Part shown: positions 40,918-52,347 of the stretch, piece after piece
Position numbering within the stretch: position 1 is the stretch's first letter
How the letters are laid out: each line of letters begins with the position of its first letter
NCBI GenBank assembly: GCA_946965045.2
Contig: OX337230.1
Coordinates: forward strand, 2,790,001-2,854,000
Direction: 5' to 3'
From: Epithemia pelagica
Lineage: Eukaryota; Protista; Bacillariophyta
DNA: 64,000 bases
Translations under genes and position numbers: made by a program
Notes under the pieces: generated by a model
The model's database searches: none
What the model saw: the letters and a program-made list of their open reading frames with translations, nothing else
What the model was told of the DNA's origin: nothing

Positions 40918-43281
40918 ATGGTCACTACAACGTTACTACGATTTGCATGCAGACATTGGAGCTCTAAAGCATGCAGAGCTTCTCGTCTAGTCACCCCTTC
41001 CGTGTCGTCGAGTCATCATGTTGGTCGGAAAGGTCGAACCTACATTGCAAGCACGGCTTCCACGGTGCGATTCCTGTCCACGGAAACCAAAGCTGACGAC
41101 AACAGCACTAGTGAACATGCAGAAACAACAGTATCGAGTCCAGATTCTACAGGATCTACGGTTGAAGCAACTGTGGATAAGCCTGTTGACAGAGTTGAAT
41201 TCAAGGCCGACACGAAAAAGATTCTCGATATCATGACAAACTCTTTGTATACCGACAAGGAAGTCTTCCTTCGAGAAATTGTCTCAAATGCCAGCGATGC
41301 TTTAGAGAAACTGCGTCATGCTCAGGCTGCTAACAAGACGTCTGTGATTGATCCAGATGTTCCACTGGAGATACGGATTGAAATTAATGAGGTAGAGTCT
41401 AGCATTACCATCATCGACACTGGGATTGGAATGACACGCGATGACATGACGCAAAACTTGGGCACTATTGCTCGTTCGGGTTCAAGCCAATTTATGCAGG
41501 ATCTGAAACGGGTTGAATCAGGGGCCGAACTGGACCCTGGTCGAGGTATCATTGGACGATTTGGCGTTGGGTTTTACTCTGTATTTATGGTATCCGAAAA
41601 AGTCGAAGTCACGTCGCGATCCGCGTTGAAAGAGAATTCGGAGCATGTGCCACAAATGTGGACTTCTGATGGTAACGGCTATGAGCTGAGTGAGGTCGAT
41701 GAGGACGTTCGAGTTGGAAGAGGAACATCAATTAAAATGTTTATTGACAGTGACTACTGGGATTTTGTCTCGGAAAAGAGAATCGAGGATGTTCTCAAGA
41801 AGTACAGCAACTTTGTCGGTTTCCCGATTTATCTAACGGGAAAGAAGGTGAATACTGTCGATGCCATCTGGACGAACGATCCCAAAACGGTGGAGGAAAG
41901 CAGATACACAGACTTTTACAAGTATATTGCCAATGCTGTCGATTCTCCACTCGATGTGATTCATTTTCGTGCCGACGCCCCTCTGGATGTCAAGGCTCTG
42001 TTCTTCATTCCCAGTTTCCATCAAGAAAAGTATGGGATGGGCCGGATGGAACCAGCTGTTTCCCTGTATTGTCGCAAGGTTCTCATTGAAGCAAAGTCAA
42101 AGGACATTTTACCAGATTGGTTGAGATTTGTCAAAGGTGTGGTGGATTCCGAAGATTTGCCATTATCCATCTCGCGAGAGAAACCACAAGACTCTGCTCT
42201 GATTGGTAAATTACGACGGGCGTTGACGCGTAAATTCATTTCTCATCTGGCCAAAATGCAAAAGGAGGATAGACATATGTTTGTCTATGAGTTTTTTAAA
42301 GAATACAGCTTCTTTTTGAAAGAAGGGATCTGCCATGATCGCGAATTCCAACAATCACTCGCAAAGCTCATGTATTTTGAAACCTCCAAAACTACTCAGA
42401 CAGATGTCGTATCGCTGGATGAGTACATTGCACGAATGAGGCCGGAACAAAAGGATATATACTATTTGTGTGCACCGACTCGTGAGTCGGCGGTCAATAG
42501 TCCGTACATGGAAATGTTTGAGAAGGCTGATGTCGAAGTTCTTTTTGTATTCAAAGCCATTGATGACTTCGCGATGTCAAGTTTGGGAAAGTATGAGGAC
42601 CGCAAACTGGTGTCCATCGAGGTAAGCGACATTGATCTTAGTGACTTGATGGACAAGGATAAAGAGGATGACGATGATGCCGAGAGTGATCTGCATAGTT
42701 CTGATCGAGCTTTGACTCCAGAAGAAAGTGTTGAATTTTGTAATTGGTATCGAAATGAATACAAAGATAAAGTGGCGTCATGTTCCGTTACGAAGCGTCT
42801 TTCAAGTGCTCCTGCGATTATTACTGGCCACGAATCAGGATCTATGCGGCGAATGATGAGCATGCTGGATACAAGCGCAGGCGAACGGGATGATATCGAT
42901 CTCCAGAAACAACATGTCGAAGTCAATCCAAAACATCCAGTCATTGTCGGTATCTTTGATTTGCGAAAGAAAGAACCAACCCTGGCGCGCATTCTGGGAG
43001 CACAAGTGTTTGACAACTGCTTGACAGCTGCTGGTTTGCTGGATGACAACAGATCAATGCTTCCACGGCTAAATGATCTGCTTGTTTGCGTTGTGAAGGC
43101 TGCCAATGGAGAGTCTCTCTCCTCCACAACCAACAAGACAACAGCAGAAAGCATTGCTAGTAGCAACGATCTTGAATCAGAGAAAGATGGCAACGCTATA
43201 GACGACGAAAAAGGATCCGGGGAATCCACCACAGAAGTTCAAGACGACAATTCGAAGAAAGAGACTGCAGAAAAACTGTAA
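40918..43281 (+). CDS. TRAP1: Mitochondrial HSP90 (TRAP1/HSP75)
   Basis: FKADTKKILDI..NSLYTDKEVFLREIVSNASDALEKLR, IGRFGVGFYS, DSEDLPLSISRE; Arg/Ser-rich presequence. Confidence 0.93.
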   Translation: MVTTTLLRFACRHWSSKACRASRLVTPSVSSSHHVGRKGRTYIASTASTVRFLSTETKADDNSTSEHAETTVSSPDSTGSTVEATVDKPVDRVEFKADTKKILDIMTNSLYTDKEVFLREIVSNASDALEKLRHAQAANKTSVIDPDVPLEIRIEINEVESSITIIDTGIGMTRDDMTQNLGTIARSGSSQFMQDLKRVESGAELDPGRGIIGRFGVGFYSVFMVSEKVEVTSRSALKENSEHVPQMWTSDGNGYELSEVDEDVRVGRGTSIKMFIDSDYWDFVSEKRIEDVLKKYSNFVGFPIYLTGKKVNTVDAIWTNDPKTVEESRYTDFYKYIANAVDSPLDVIHFRADAPLDVKALFFIPSFHQEKYGMGRMEPAVSLYCRKVLIEAKSKDILPDWLRFVKGVVDSEDLPLSISREKPQDSALIGKLRRALTRKFISHLAKMQKEDRHMFVYEFFKEYSFFLKEGICHDREFQQSLAKLMYFETSKTTQTDVVSLDEYIARMRPEQKDIYYLCAPTRESAVNSPYMEMFEKADVEVLFVFKAIDDFAMSSLGKYEDRKLVSIEVSDIDLSDLMDKDKEDDDDAESDLHSSDRALTPEESVEFCNWYRNEYKDKVASCSVTKRLSSAPAIITGHESGSMRRMMSMLDTSAGERDDIDLQKQHVEVNPKHPVIVGIFDLRKKEPTLARILGAQVFDNCLTAAGLLDDNRSMLPRLNDLLVCVVKAANGESLSSTTNKTTAESIASSNDLESEKDGNAIDDEKGSGESTTEVQDDNSKKETAEKL

Positions 43282-43355
43282 ACATTAAATAGTAGTTGCG
43301 AGGAAGGAAGGAACAAGGACTTCGTAATCGTTCTTGTACTGCCCGTGTTTCGAAA

Positions 43356-43841
43356 TCACGTATTCCAAAATGATTTAGCTGAGGATCCACGTCGGTCAAG
43401 AACAGATCTGGGAGATGGAAAGAAGCTCCTTTGCGAAGACGGATAACGTGGAGCTTGAGGAACTTCGATGCGTTCTTTTCCATATGTATCTTCCTCCTCA
43501 CTTGTGTCAATGGAACCGGGGCGATGGCGTCGGAAATCTTTCTTTCCAGAAGCGCTGTTTACATGATTGGTATTGATGTCCTGTCTTATCGTTGTCATTG
43601 TGATATCCAATGGAAGATGATGAAAGCGCCGCCGCTTGTTGGACGAATCCGATGAAGTTGTGGAAACAATCATACCTTGGTCTGAATCAAGCGCACCTGC
43701 GAAACACGGAATCATATCGGAGCCGAAAGACTCACTTGGAACATGTACAGAAATCTCTTGAGCGACTACACTGTGGTCTTGAATGGTCTCTTGTCCCATC
43801 ATAACCTCGTGAACCGCCATTGTATCGTTCCACCACGACAT
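43356..43841 (-). CDS. Hypothetical protein (161 aa)
   Basis: ATG-initiated ORF only. Confidence 0.4.
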   Translation of the reverse strand: MSWWNDTMAVHEVMMGQETIQDHSVVAQEISVHVPSESFGSDMIPCFAGALDSDQGMIVSTTSSDSSNKRRRFHHLPLDITMTTIRQDINTNHVNSASGKKDFRRHRPGSIDTSEEEDTYGKERIEVPQAPRYPSSQRSFFPSPRSVLDRRGSSAKSFWNT

Positions 43842-44896
43842 GGAACTACGGAATCAAGACCCAACAGAAAATATGCAAACTGCAAAGCAACTTGTCAGGT
43901 TCCGTATCAGTGTTATTTAGTGGATATTCAAGAGATTTTTAAGTATGGTACACTGCCCTCGGTCGCTGAAACAATAGCCCTTATATCCTCCGTCTGCAAC
44001 GATTAGCGATGATGCGATAATCCACATGAAAGAACACCTCAGAAATGAAAAATGGTACTCCCTAATTAATCTTTACGAACTCCTAAGTTACTTGATCGGT
44101 CACACGCGTCAGAAACATGTGACAGTTAATCCCAAATTAAACATATAAGCCATGACGTAAAGAAATAAACGGAATTAAGAGCGATAGGTTTGTTTTTCTT
44201 TATGAGCAATAATCTAGTATATGATCAAGCTTAAATCAAGAGCTCTAAAGTGAGCACGTGCGAAGAGTCCATCTCAGCGAAATATTTAAGTTTCCGTCTT
44301 CCATCCGCCGACCGACGGTCCTCTCGTCACATTTTTGTGATTTCTATGAAACGAAGACAAGTGCAAAGACAAGGACTATTTCTGAGGAGTATGCAGTGTA
44401 CTCTTCGCTATGCTTTGTTTCCTTCAGAATCTGGGGAAGGCTGATTAATTTTTATTTCTTTTGGCACATTGATCTTTTTGCCTTACACCGCCTAAGGGTT
44501 TATCAATAGATGAATATGGCTCATCTTTTCTCTACGAGTGAGTGAGTCGGATGGAGATAAATGTCGACGGAACTAGCCACAACAGCATCGTATGGTTTCC
44601 TTTTATTCGAGTTCCGTCTAATCTGGACAACCCTGTTGTGCCATTTGTCTTCCTCTTCCATGAACTTGGGAATTGGGAAGAGGGGTGGAAGTGGAAGTGG
44701 AAGGTCTCCGATCACGAGACGTCGTTACATGGGACTGAAAAGGGGGTCCCTTCGTCTACAATATGTACCTACCCCCGTTTCTCCCACACCATTTGCCAGA
44801 GAAGACCCTCAACAAAGGGAATCCACTTGCCTGCATTCTATTCATTGGAAGTTTCGGTCGTAACGAAGTAGATCTTGGTCTTTAAGTTGCTTGAAA

Positions 44897-46618
44897 ATGG
44901 GCGGGGCTACGTCAAAGCTTCAGGATACAGATTGGGAAAAAGCCGATGGCAAGTTGAGCAGTACTGAAGATACTTTGGACGGAGCACCACCAACTTCCAA
45001 GTATGGTATCTATCACCTGACGAAAAGAGGAGTGAATCAAAGAGAGTTTGATGTAACCGACTCGGAAAGTAATCTGTTGTACACAACTCGACAGGTCCCA
45101 GGGACAATTGCATGCTTCGATGTAAGTTCCATCGTGTCACCGCTACTTCCCAACGTGTTTTGTCTAAACTAGTTGCAAAAGGTTCTGGGAAAAGGAATCG
45201 ATTCTTATCTTCTTCGTGTTACGGTTGATTTGGCTCGGAGATACTGGACAGTGTATAGGTTTGAGGAAGCAGCATTCGAGGGTCAAAAACCTGATAAAGA
45301 AGCTACGGAAAAGCTGGTTGCGGAACGTTTGCAAAAGGTTGATAAAGACCCGATGATTGAAAACTTCAATACACCATTTCTTTTCCGGAAAGCCATTGTC
45401 GTGGTCAGCTGGAGTAGATATATGGCAGTCTCAACCTTGTATGGAGCTCCATCGGACGAAATGGTGAAACAATGGGAAACTGAACAATTTGCAAAAATGC
45501 AACAACAGGAGCAAGGAGATTCGGAAGCGCCGATAAAGCAGGGTTTGATTTATCAACCATCGGACTCTGCAGATTCAAACGATGCATCCAAAGGGGCGGA
45601 TCGACCAAAAGATTTCAAGTGCAATGTTGCTCCAGGGAGTCCATTGAGAAAACAGGTTAGTGGTGATAGCAGTTTAGAAGAAGAAAGTTTTGGTGGTTCA
45701 GAACCGACTTCTGCCGATTTTCAAGATGTCGATGTTGAAGATGATGAAAACGTAGCTGCCGACACCGGGCCGTCAACCACTAGACTCGTACTTGAGGGGG
45801 AAGGTCCAGTTGATCTCAATTCTCAAAGCGTGGAATCGCAACAATTACCAACCAGTTCGTCATCCACCACAACACCACAAGGAGCACGAACCGCTTCTGC
45901 TTCCTCCACCACCAGTGGTCGCACAAGCTTCAGGACCTGGGCGAAGCAAAAATCCCGCCACTTTCGGGAAAAGTCGAGATCTGCTCTAGAAAAGTCTGGC
46001 ATTATCAGCAAGACAACGAGAAGAGATCCGTTGGAAGGAGTTATTCACCTCAGCAAGCCACTGCTGCTTTGTCAAGAAATTTACACTCGTATTATAGGCA
46101 ACCATCAAACATCAGTCATTTCGAAGACAAAAGCCATCGAACTTCTTAAGGAAGACATTGCTCAGCATGAAAGGGAGGATCCTGAGGCCGCGAGAAAGAA
46201 TGAAGATGACGATCCTTTCATGACAGGACAAGAGGTGATTCTTCGATCTCGATCAGAGGATTCTGGTGGTGGTGAACCGGAACACAAGAGCGTGGACCCA
46301 GAGGATCTTGCAAATTTGGGGACGAATGGTTCTGGCATAAGCGACTCTTCAATATCAGATGGAAGACAACATTCTGATGGCCATTGGCTTTCACGATCAG
46401 GCGATGAAGAAGAAAATCATAGTCGACGAGCTCATGGGGATTCCGGTACAGAGGAAGAGCAAGAACTCGTTGGTTACTGGCTTTGGGAAAATACTCTTCG
46501 TACTCACAAAATGAAAATGCACGTGGCGCAAGGGACGGATCTTGCTCTTCACGTGGTCCTGGCAATCATCGTGAACCAAGTGCGGTACGAACGCAATGCT
46601 CTTGCTATGACAATTTAG
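44897..46618 (+). CDS. Hypothetical protein, possibly N-myristoylated, with a split Tubby-C/LURP-like domain (intron ~45122-45181)
   Basis: MGGATS start; REFDVTDSESNLLY...; C-terminal KMHVAQGTDLALHVVLAIIVN. Confidence 0.6.
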
Positions 46619-46813
46619 GCCCAGATAGCATGAGAGCTCCAACGCACATGCTACACAATCGAATCTACAATCGTGGTTGCAAGTATCTTTCAATAGATTA
46701 TATCATGTAAAATCTCCACCATACAAAAGCTACTCGAATCAATTGTAGAAAACCTCATAGATTCAAGCGCCACAATATCAATGTATCGTACTGACAGAAA
46801 AATGTGCCCCCGT

Positions 46814-48037
46814 TTATCCGTCATATTCACTCATTTCGCGCTTGTAACGCTAGAAACGAAATGAAAGGATTTTGTAAGTAACCAATATCGATAACAATCA
46901 CCACCAGGGCTCTGTTCATCCTTACCTCTTTGTCCGCGGCTGCTTTATCCTGCCAAATCTTCTTTTCCTTTGCCGACAGGTTCTTGAAGCGGTCTGAGAT
47001 AATCCGAGCAATATCCCCGAAACTAGCTTCAGGATTCTCTTCTTTCACCGTAGGACGGATGTGAACGGAGTACAGGAAGTAAGCCGACATATTACCTGAG
47101 GAACAAAGAATGGGTAAGACACGAGATCCTGATGCTTCCCAGAAAAAAAATTGAGGCCTTACGTTTTGGGGCGTTTGGGTCTTTCTTCTGCTTTTTCCTC
47201 GAGCCCCCAGTAGGATCATCTGCAGGAACGTAATGCTTCATCTCTTCCTTGTACCTGAGCTTCTCCTGTTCTGCTTTCTTGTCCCATTTACGTCTATCTT
47301 TCTCACCTAAAGACTTGAAGTCTTGGGCTAAGATGCGAGCCTGAAAAGAAAAACAGTAGAGTCGGATGATGGTCAGACATAAAGTTTCAGTCACGGAAAA
47401 GAACGACTGAAAGGGAAAAATTCATCACGTAGAATTTGTACCGCGATGTACACAAACGGATGCAAGTGAAGCTTTATCGCGTCGAATGCTTCGATTACGG
47501 GCTCTTCGCGGTGTGTGTTGACCGTGGTGGCCTCACGGTGGCTACAGAGACACCATCATGTGCACACAATCATGCAGTGGCAACAAGTGGGAACTCATAC
47601 ACACGTGAACCGGTTGTGGTGCGATGTGCCACAATCACGGCCGTAGACTAAAACAACTCTCAATGAAACTAAAACAAAGCAAACAATCAAACAAGAAGGA
47701 AAAGTCATTCAAACGCAACAATGGACTCACCACATCCCCGAATGAGGCATCTGGGTTTTCCTGCTTGACACGAGGACGATTGGCTTGCGAATACAGAAAG
47801 AAGGCACTCATAGCACGTTTAGGCTTGTTCGGATCCTAAGAGATTAATGGCAATGAAGTGGTGAGCTTCGATATCTGCATTTCAAGTCAAGCGGCGAACG
47901 GAGCGTATCCGGAACACACATACCTTAAACTTCTTGCTTCGTTTCTTTGGGGCTTCTTCCTCAACTTCTTCCTCTTCCTCCTCTTCTTCCTCTTCCTCCT
48001 CGTCTTCGAGGTCATCGTCGTAGTCGTTTGGCGCCAT
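46814..48037 (-). CDS. Two-HMG-box chromatin protein (HMGB/Nhp6-like), multi-exon
   Basis: Two boxes, [16 protein letters not shown] and [16 protein letters not shown], each followed by ENP.ASFGD; acidic N-terminus; GT-AG introns. Confidence 0.88.
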
Positions 48038-48381
48038 GGTTTTCTTTTTTTCTCGTCGGAATGCTTCGATTATGAGCGTTGCTGTTGACAACAAACATTC
48101 GCAAAGGAGGCATCCTTCGCCTGGTAGAACGTTAACGCGACGCTCTACGGTAGAATCACGGGGCGCTCCTGGCGCTCACCTTGTTTGAATCTCCATTAGC
48201 ACGGGTATGGTCGGCACTGCATACGCTCCATATTTGACCGCTAGAGATTTAACGCGTGTCAGGCAACATCTGCGGTCACACCGCGCAGTGCGACACACAG
48301 AACAGAAGCAACAGGCGACAGACCCACACAAACAACACGCAAGATCTCTTGATTCTTGGATCTGTGTCGCCATTTCAACAG

Positions 48382-48984
48382 ATGAAGAAGGTTACGAGCT
48401 TTCTCATTTGGACCATATTCCCTTTAGCAGCGTATCGGTTGCTTGATGTTCAGGGCTTTCTTTCTCAATCTTCACCCGTTGCAAACACAAGATTCAGTCG
48501 AGTTGAGCAGTGGTCAGCACCACGTCAAAGGAAAGCGGTACTTCTAGCGCACAACATATCATCGAGAGGAAGGTATGGGTTCAATCATGGTGGGGGAAGA
48601 GCTCGGAATCGGAAGATTCAGAAATCAGCGAAAAAAGGTGACCAATGGAGTGGTGTAAAAAGGTTGCTGCCGTACCTGTTCGTTGCATGGCTACTTTCGA
48701 ATCTTGTCCTCGGAGGAATTTCTCAAGACGATTCGTTCATATACTTTTACCAAAGCTCCTATTTTGAGACACAAGTGTACGGATCGGACGGCAAGGTTGA
48801 TACAACAAGAAAAGAGAATGTTCGGACAAACATGCCGTCCCTACTCGAAAAGAAAGAATCATCTTCCGGTACGTCCTCTTATGATTTGAATCTTCGATCT
48901 GACGAAGAGTTTGAGCGCGAGTTGAGGAAAGAAATGGACAGCATGACACGGTTCGAGCGCACCATGTTTGATGACTTTTTCTAG
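48382..48984 (+). CDS. Hypothetical protein with a signal/plastid-type presequence and one TM segment
   Basis: MKKVTSFLIWTIFPLAA...VQGFLS; internal hydrophobic stretch LLPYLFVAWLLSNLVLGG. Confidence 0.55.
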   Translation: MKKVTSFLIWTIFPLAAYRLLDVQGFLSQSSPVANTRFSRVEQWSAPRQRKAVLLAHNISSRGRYGFNHGGGRARNRKIQKSAKKGDQWSGVKRLLPYLFVAWLLSNLVLGGISQDDSFIYFYQSSYFETQVYGSDGKVDTTRKENVRTNMPSLLEKKESSSGTSSYDLNLRSDEEFERELRKEMDSMTRFERTMFDDFF

Positions 48985-49174
48985 ATCTGTGGCGGTGGGC
49001 ACTGCCTATCCAGGAGACAGATCCGACACCCAATGTTTTTGATACAGAAATGCTGCCACGACGACGAAGCCCCGGCAACCACAAAGCCATGCTCTGAAGC
49101 TCAGAAAGGAGTAGGAGTACTTCGGCCTAGGAGGAGAACTATTTAAAGTAGGAATAGGAATAGGCAGCTCCTAC

Positions 49175-49814
49175 TAGTGCGTTCAAGTTTCATTTCCTAA
49201 ACTTCATCCCCTAAATTTAGGCACCTAAGTTTTGCCTATCTTTCACGACGCCGAAAGTGCCCACCAAAGTTTAGGTAGGTCCTCTCCAAGAAACTATGGA
49301 TGCTACCATACTATGTGACGCCGGGTTGAACAGTGAACGCAGCTTGATTGTTGCAATGGTGAGTCAGTACAGGTGGACACACAGGGCGGATGATCTTCCT
49401 CAGCATTGAGCCACTATCGCAACTGTACAACCTTGTGATCGAACCTCTACTGTCGATCAGTCGACTGGTGGGATCTCAGTTGAGCGTATTGCAAACCCAT
49501 GAAAAATAATGTGTGGAGTTACCTCCGTAACATATGCATGGGCAAGACAAGGCTGATGTTTGCTTGAGGCTTGAGAGTTGGCCTTAATCTCAGATACTTG
49601 ATGAAGGTAAGATATACTTACCACAAACAAACAAATGAACAGGCCCGGAGGAAGATGACAAGGATTTGTACGGTGTCATTACGATGTGAACTAAGTCACC
49701 ATAGATGGCGGAACTGGTAGCCACCTAAACTACCTAAATTTCATTACCTAAGTTTACCTAAACTTAGGGAAGAAACTACACTCCAATTTCTGTTACCTAA
49801 GTTTGAACGCACTA
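49175..49814. mobile_element. Non-autonomous hAT-type MITE (640 bp)
   Basis: 12-bp TIR TAGTGCGTTCAA, 8-bp TSD GCTCCTAC (49167-49174, 49815-49822), clustered subterminal CCTAA(A/G)(C/T)TT motifs at both ends. Confidence 0.88.
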
Positions 49815-50063
49815 GCTCCTACTAGGACTACTCCTCTAGGAGTAGCTACGAGAGGTTTTGGAAAGCAGAAACTACCCATGCTATCAGAAATCCGAACACA
49901 TGAGTTCGCAGGCTACGTCACCATCCTGCAGCGACTACATTGAGTTGAATTTCCAACCGGTCGCATTATCCAGTGAGTGAGTCACTCATCACAACGATCA
50001 CTTTTTATTTCTCGTCAATGAAGCGAGCTTCAAGGGAGAGGAGCGCATCAATTCAATAAAAAG

Positions 50064-51275
50064 ATGATGTTTGCTTTGGTTATTCTCAGTTTCAACTTAC
50101 TCCTAACTTCTGTTGGAGCTTGGTCTGGCAGCTTGGTTGCCCCTCGTTTTCGTCTCGGTACGAACAGGGCACTCACGCGCCGCTTCAATATACCTCCTCC
50201 TTCGGAAGCCAATGTTGCTGAATTCAAGGAGTTTGCGTCAAAGCAACCTCCACCGGCATCCTTTTTCGAGCTTCAGCAGGATTGTGTCCGATCGGCGCGA
50301 TTGGCAAGGAAGGATGGGCACAAACTGTTGGAGGTTGAATTTCCCCCGCTTCCAGCTGCTGTTCTGGAAATGGATGATGTGTCTACATACGAAGTTGCAG
50401 CTGCAAATTTGAACTTGGCAATTGATTTTTGCAAAGGGATGCTGGCGGCTGACCAAGACGATAACGCACCAAAGAAGATCGCGATTCTTTTCCCGGATGA
50501 GCCGGAGCTCCAGTTTGCCATTGAAAAGGTTGGGTCTGAAAATCCCTTTCCGAACATTGCGCTCGGTTCGATTCGGACAGTAGACCCCAACGATGATCGC
50601 ATCGTCAAACCGGAAAATTTTTTGCTGAATCTGTTTGGAAAAGGAAGTGGTGGCATTATTAAAGCCTTACCGGATGTTGACATGTACGTGTGCTTGACTG
50701 CATCGGCACAGGAATTACCGGATATCGAGGAGCTACATGAACTTGATCCGGATAAAACCATCGTAATGTACAACTTGAAGTTGGACGTTCTGAGAGGAGG
50801 TACGTCGATGACAAGAGATTGCTCATAAGAACATTGAATGCACCTTGAATTCGTATTTTACATTGCTCTTGGCATTGTTTCTACAGACCTGGGTGCACCC
50901 GCGTTTCCAAGCAAGGACTTTCAAGATCGGTTTTTGAGTAAAGTGAAACCAATCTACTATTTGCGCACACGACAATACAGTCGGTCAACTCCTCAACCAC
51001 CTTTCATTGTCAACTACCAAGGGTGCTTGTTCCGCGCCTATCCAGGACAATTTCAAACGCTTTTGGACACTGGGAATGGCAAGTACCGTCGTCTGTTAGG
51101 AAGTGACTTTCGACCAGCTTTGGGCCTTTTCAAAGAACAGCTCACAGATTCGTTGAAAGAGCAAGGTATTATTGAAGACGAAGGTTCGGCTCTCAATTTT
51201 CTGCGAACAGGGTACAAGACTACGACCTGGTGGGAGGAAGAACGAGAGAATGCATCGGATGCGTGGAGAACGTAG
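50064..51275 (+). CDS. DUF1995 / LPA3-like plastid protein (intron 50800-50886)
   Basis: FELQQDCVRSA..A..DG.KLLEVEFPPLP, LFRAYPGQFQ, GYKTTTWWEE; N-terminal signal peptide. Confidence 0.8.
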
Positions 51276-51400
51276 GCTTGTATTGTAGTCACTGTCATCT
51301 ACCATTTCTGTTCTTGTACGCAAAATCAGCCGTGTCTTTTCCAATACCACTACCAACAAACGTCCCCACCTGTTACAGAATCGGACAAAATATGGATGAT

Positions 51401-52066
51401 TTAGATGGACGACAAAACGTGGAACGAAAAGCGCAGTTGACTTACGATTGGTCGGAACCAGTTTCTAGACTGTTGAGAGTAGTCCAGAATCACTCCTCGA
51501 ATAAGTTTTGGTTGTTTGCCAAAGGGATTCAAAAGTAACTGTCCATGAAACAAGAGTTCCGAGCCATTCTGATCGGGTGTGGTCAGCGACCACGCAACAC
51601 CTCGAGTCGAACAGGCCCATTTTCCAATGGAACCAGATTGTCTTGTTACGGTTCTCCCTCTCCAATTTTTCTCCTGAGAAATGGGAATTTGACGAACATA
51701 GCCATTGTCGGCAAACTCTAGTTGCATGCATGTCGTACTGTTTTGGGTGAGAGTGTCCTTGTTGTACAACACGGTTCGAAATGATCGGTTCGTCCATTTC
51801 AACTTGAGTTCCCATTGGTCAGTTCGGAGTACATGAGGTTCGACATGTTTTGTCTGCTGTCTCCGGACCTGGTGATTCCCAATTTCAAGAAACTTCCGTC
51901 GTCGTTTCACGTTTCTTCCAGATTTGGTTGTTTTGGACGAGCGTGGCTTGGTCGGCACTTTGGGAATTTCCTCCGACCAAACCACAATCACTTTCTTCTC
52001 TTTGGCTGCCTTTACACTCAGAACCATGCACCATGACACGACAAGAAGTAAAACGGTGGCCCTCAT
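51401..52066 (-). CDS. Hypothetical protein with an N-terminal signal peptide
   Basis: MRATVLLLVVSWCMVLSVKA; 221-aa ORF, 3' end may be spliced. Confidence 0.5.
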   Translation of the reverse strand: MRATVLLLVVSWCMVLSVKAAKEKKVIVVWSEEIPKVPTKPRSSKTTKSGRNVKRRRKFLEIGNHQVRRQQTKHVEPHVLRTDQWELKLKWTNRSFRTVLYNKDTLTQNSTTCMQLEFADNGYVRQIPISQEKNWRGRTVTRQSGSIGKWACSTRGVAWSLTTPDQNGSELLFHGQLLLNPFGKQPKLIRGVILDYSQQSRNWFRPIVSQLRFSFHVLSSI

Positions 52067-52347
52067 GGTGCCTCAAGTCTTCCGACTTCCGAGGCCACAC
52101 AAAAGATACCGACACGAGAAAGGAGCGAAAGGATACCCTTCTCTACTACATTAGAGATAAGGATTATTATCTTTGCTACTCTACCTACCTGGTCCTTGAT
52201 GAAAGAAAGGTCCCCCGGTAGTGATGGAAAGACTTTGATACTTGTTGAAACAAAAACAGATTACCGGTCTTACTTCTATAATTCAACCCACCTATGTAGT
52301 TTCTAGAAGGAGTTTCTAGTCATCACGTTCCAGGCTCTCCTCTCTCC

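Noticed and set aside
42462-43232. 256-aa antisense ORF over TRAP1, and similar antisense ORFs over gyrA, PLK1, AMPD and gag-pol
   Set aside because: Opposite-strand shadows of well-supported genes; no motifs.
44521-44871. Short ORFs between the 43.8-kb and 44.9-kb genes
   Set aside because: Too short, with no recognisable domain or supported splice model.
49187-49802. Possible transposase remnant inside the MITE
   Set aside because: No hAT motif found in the frames I read; called non-autonomous only.
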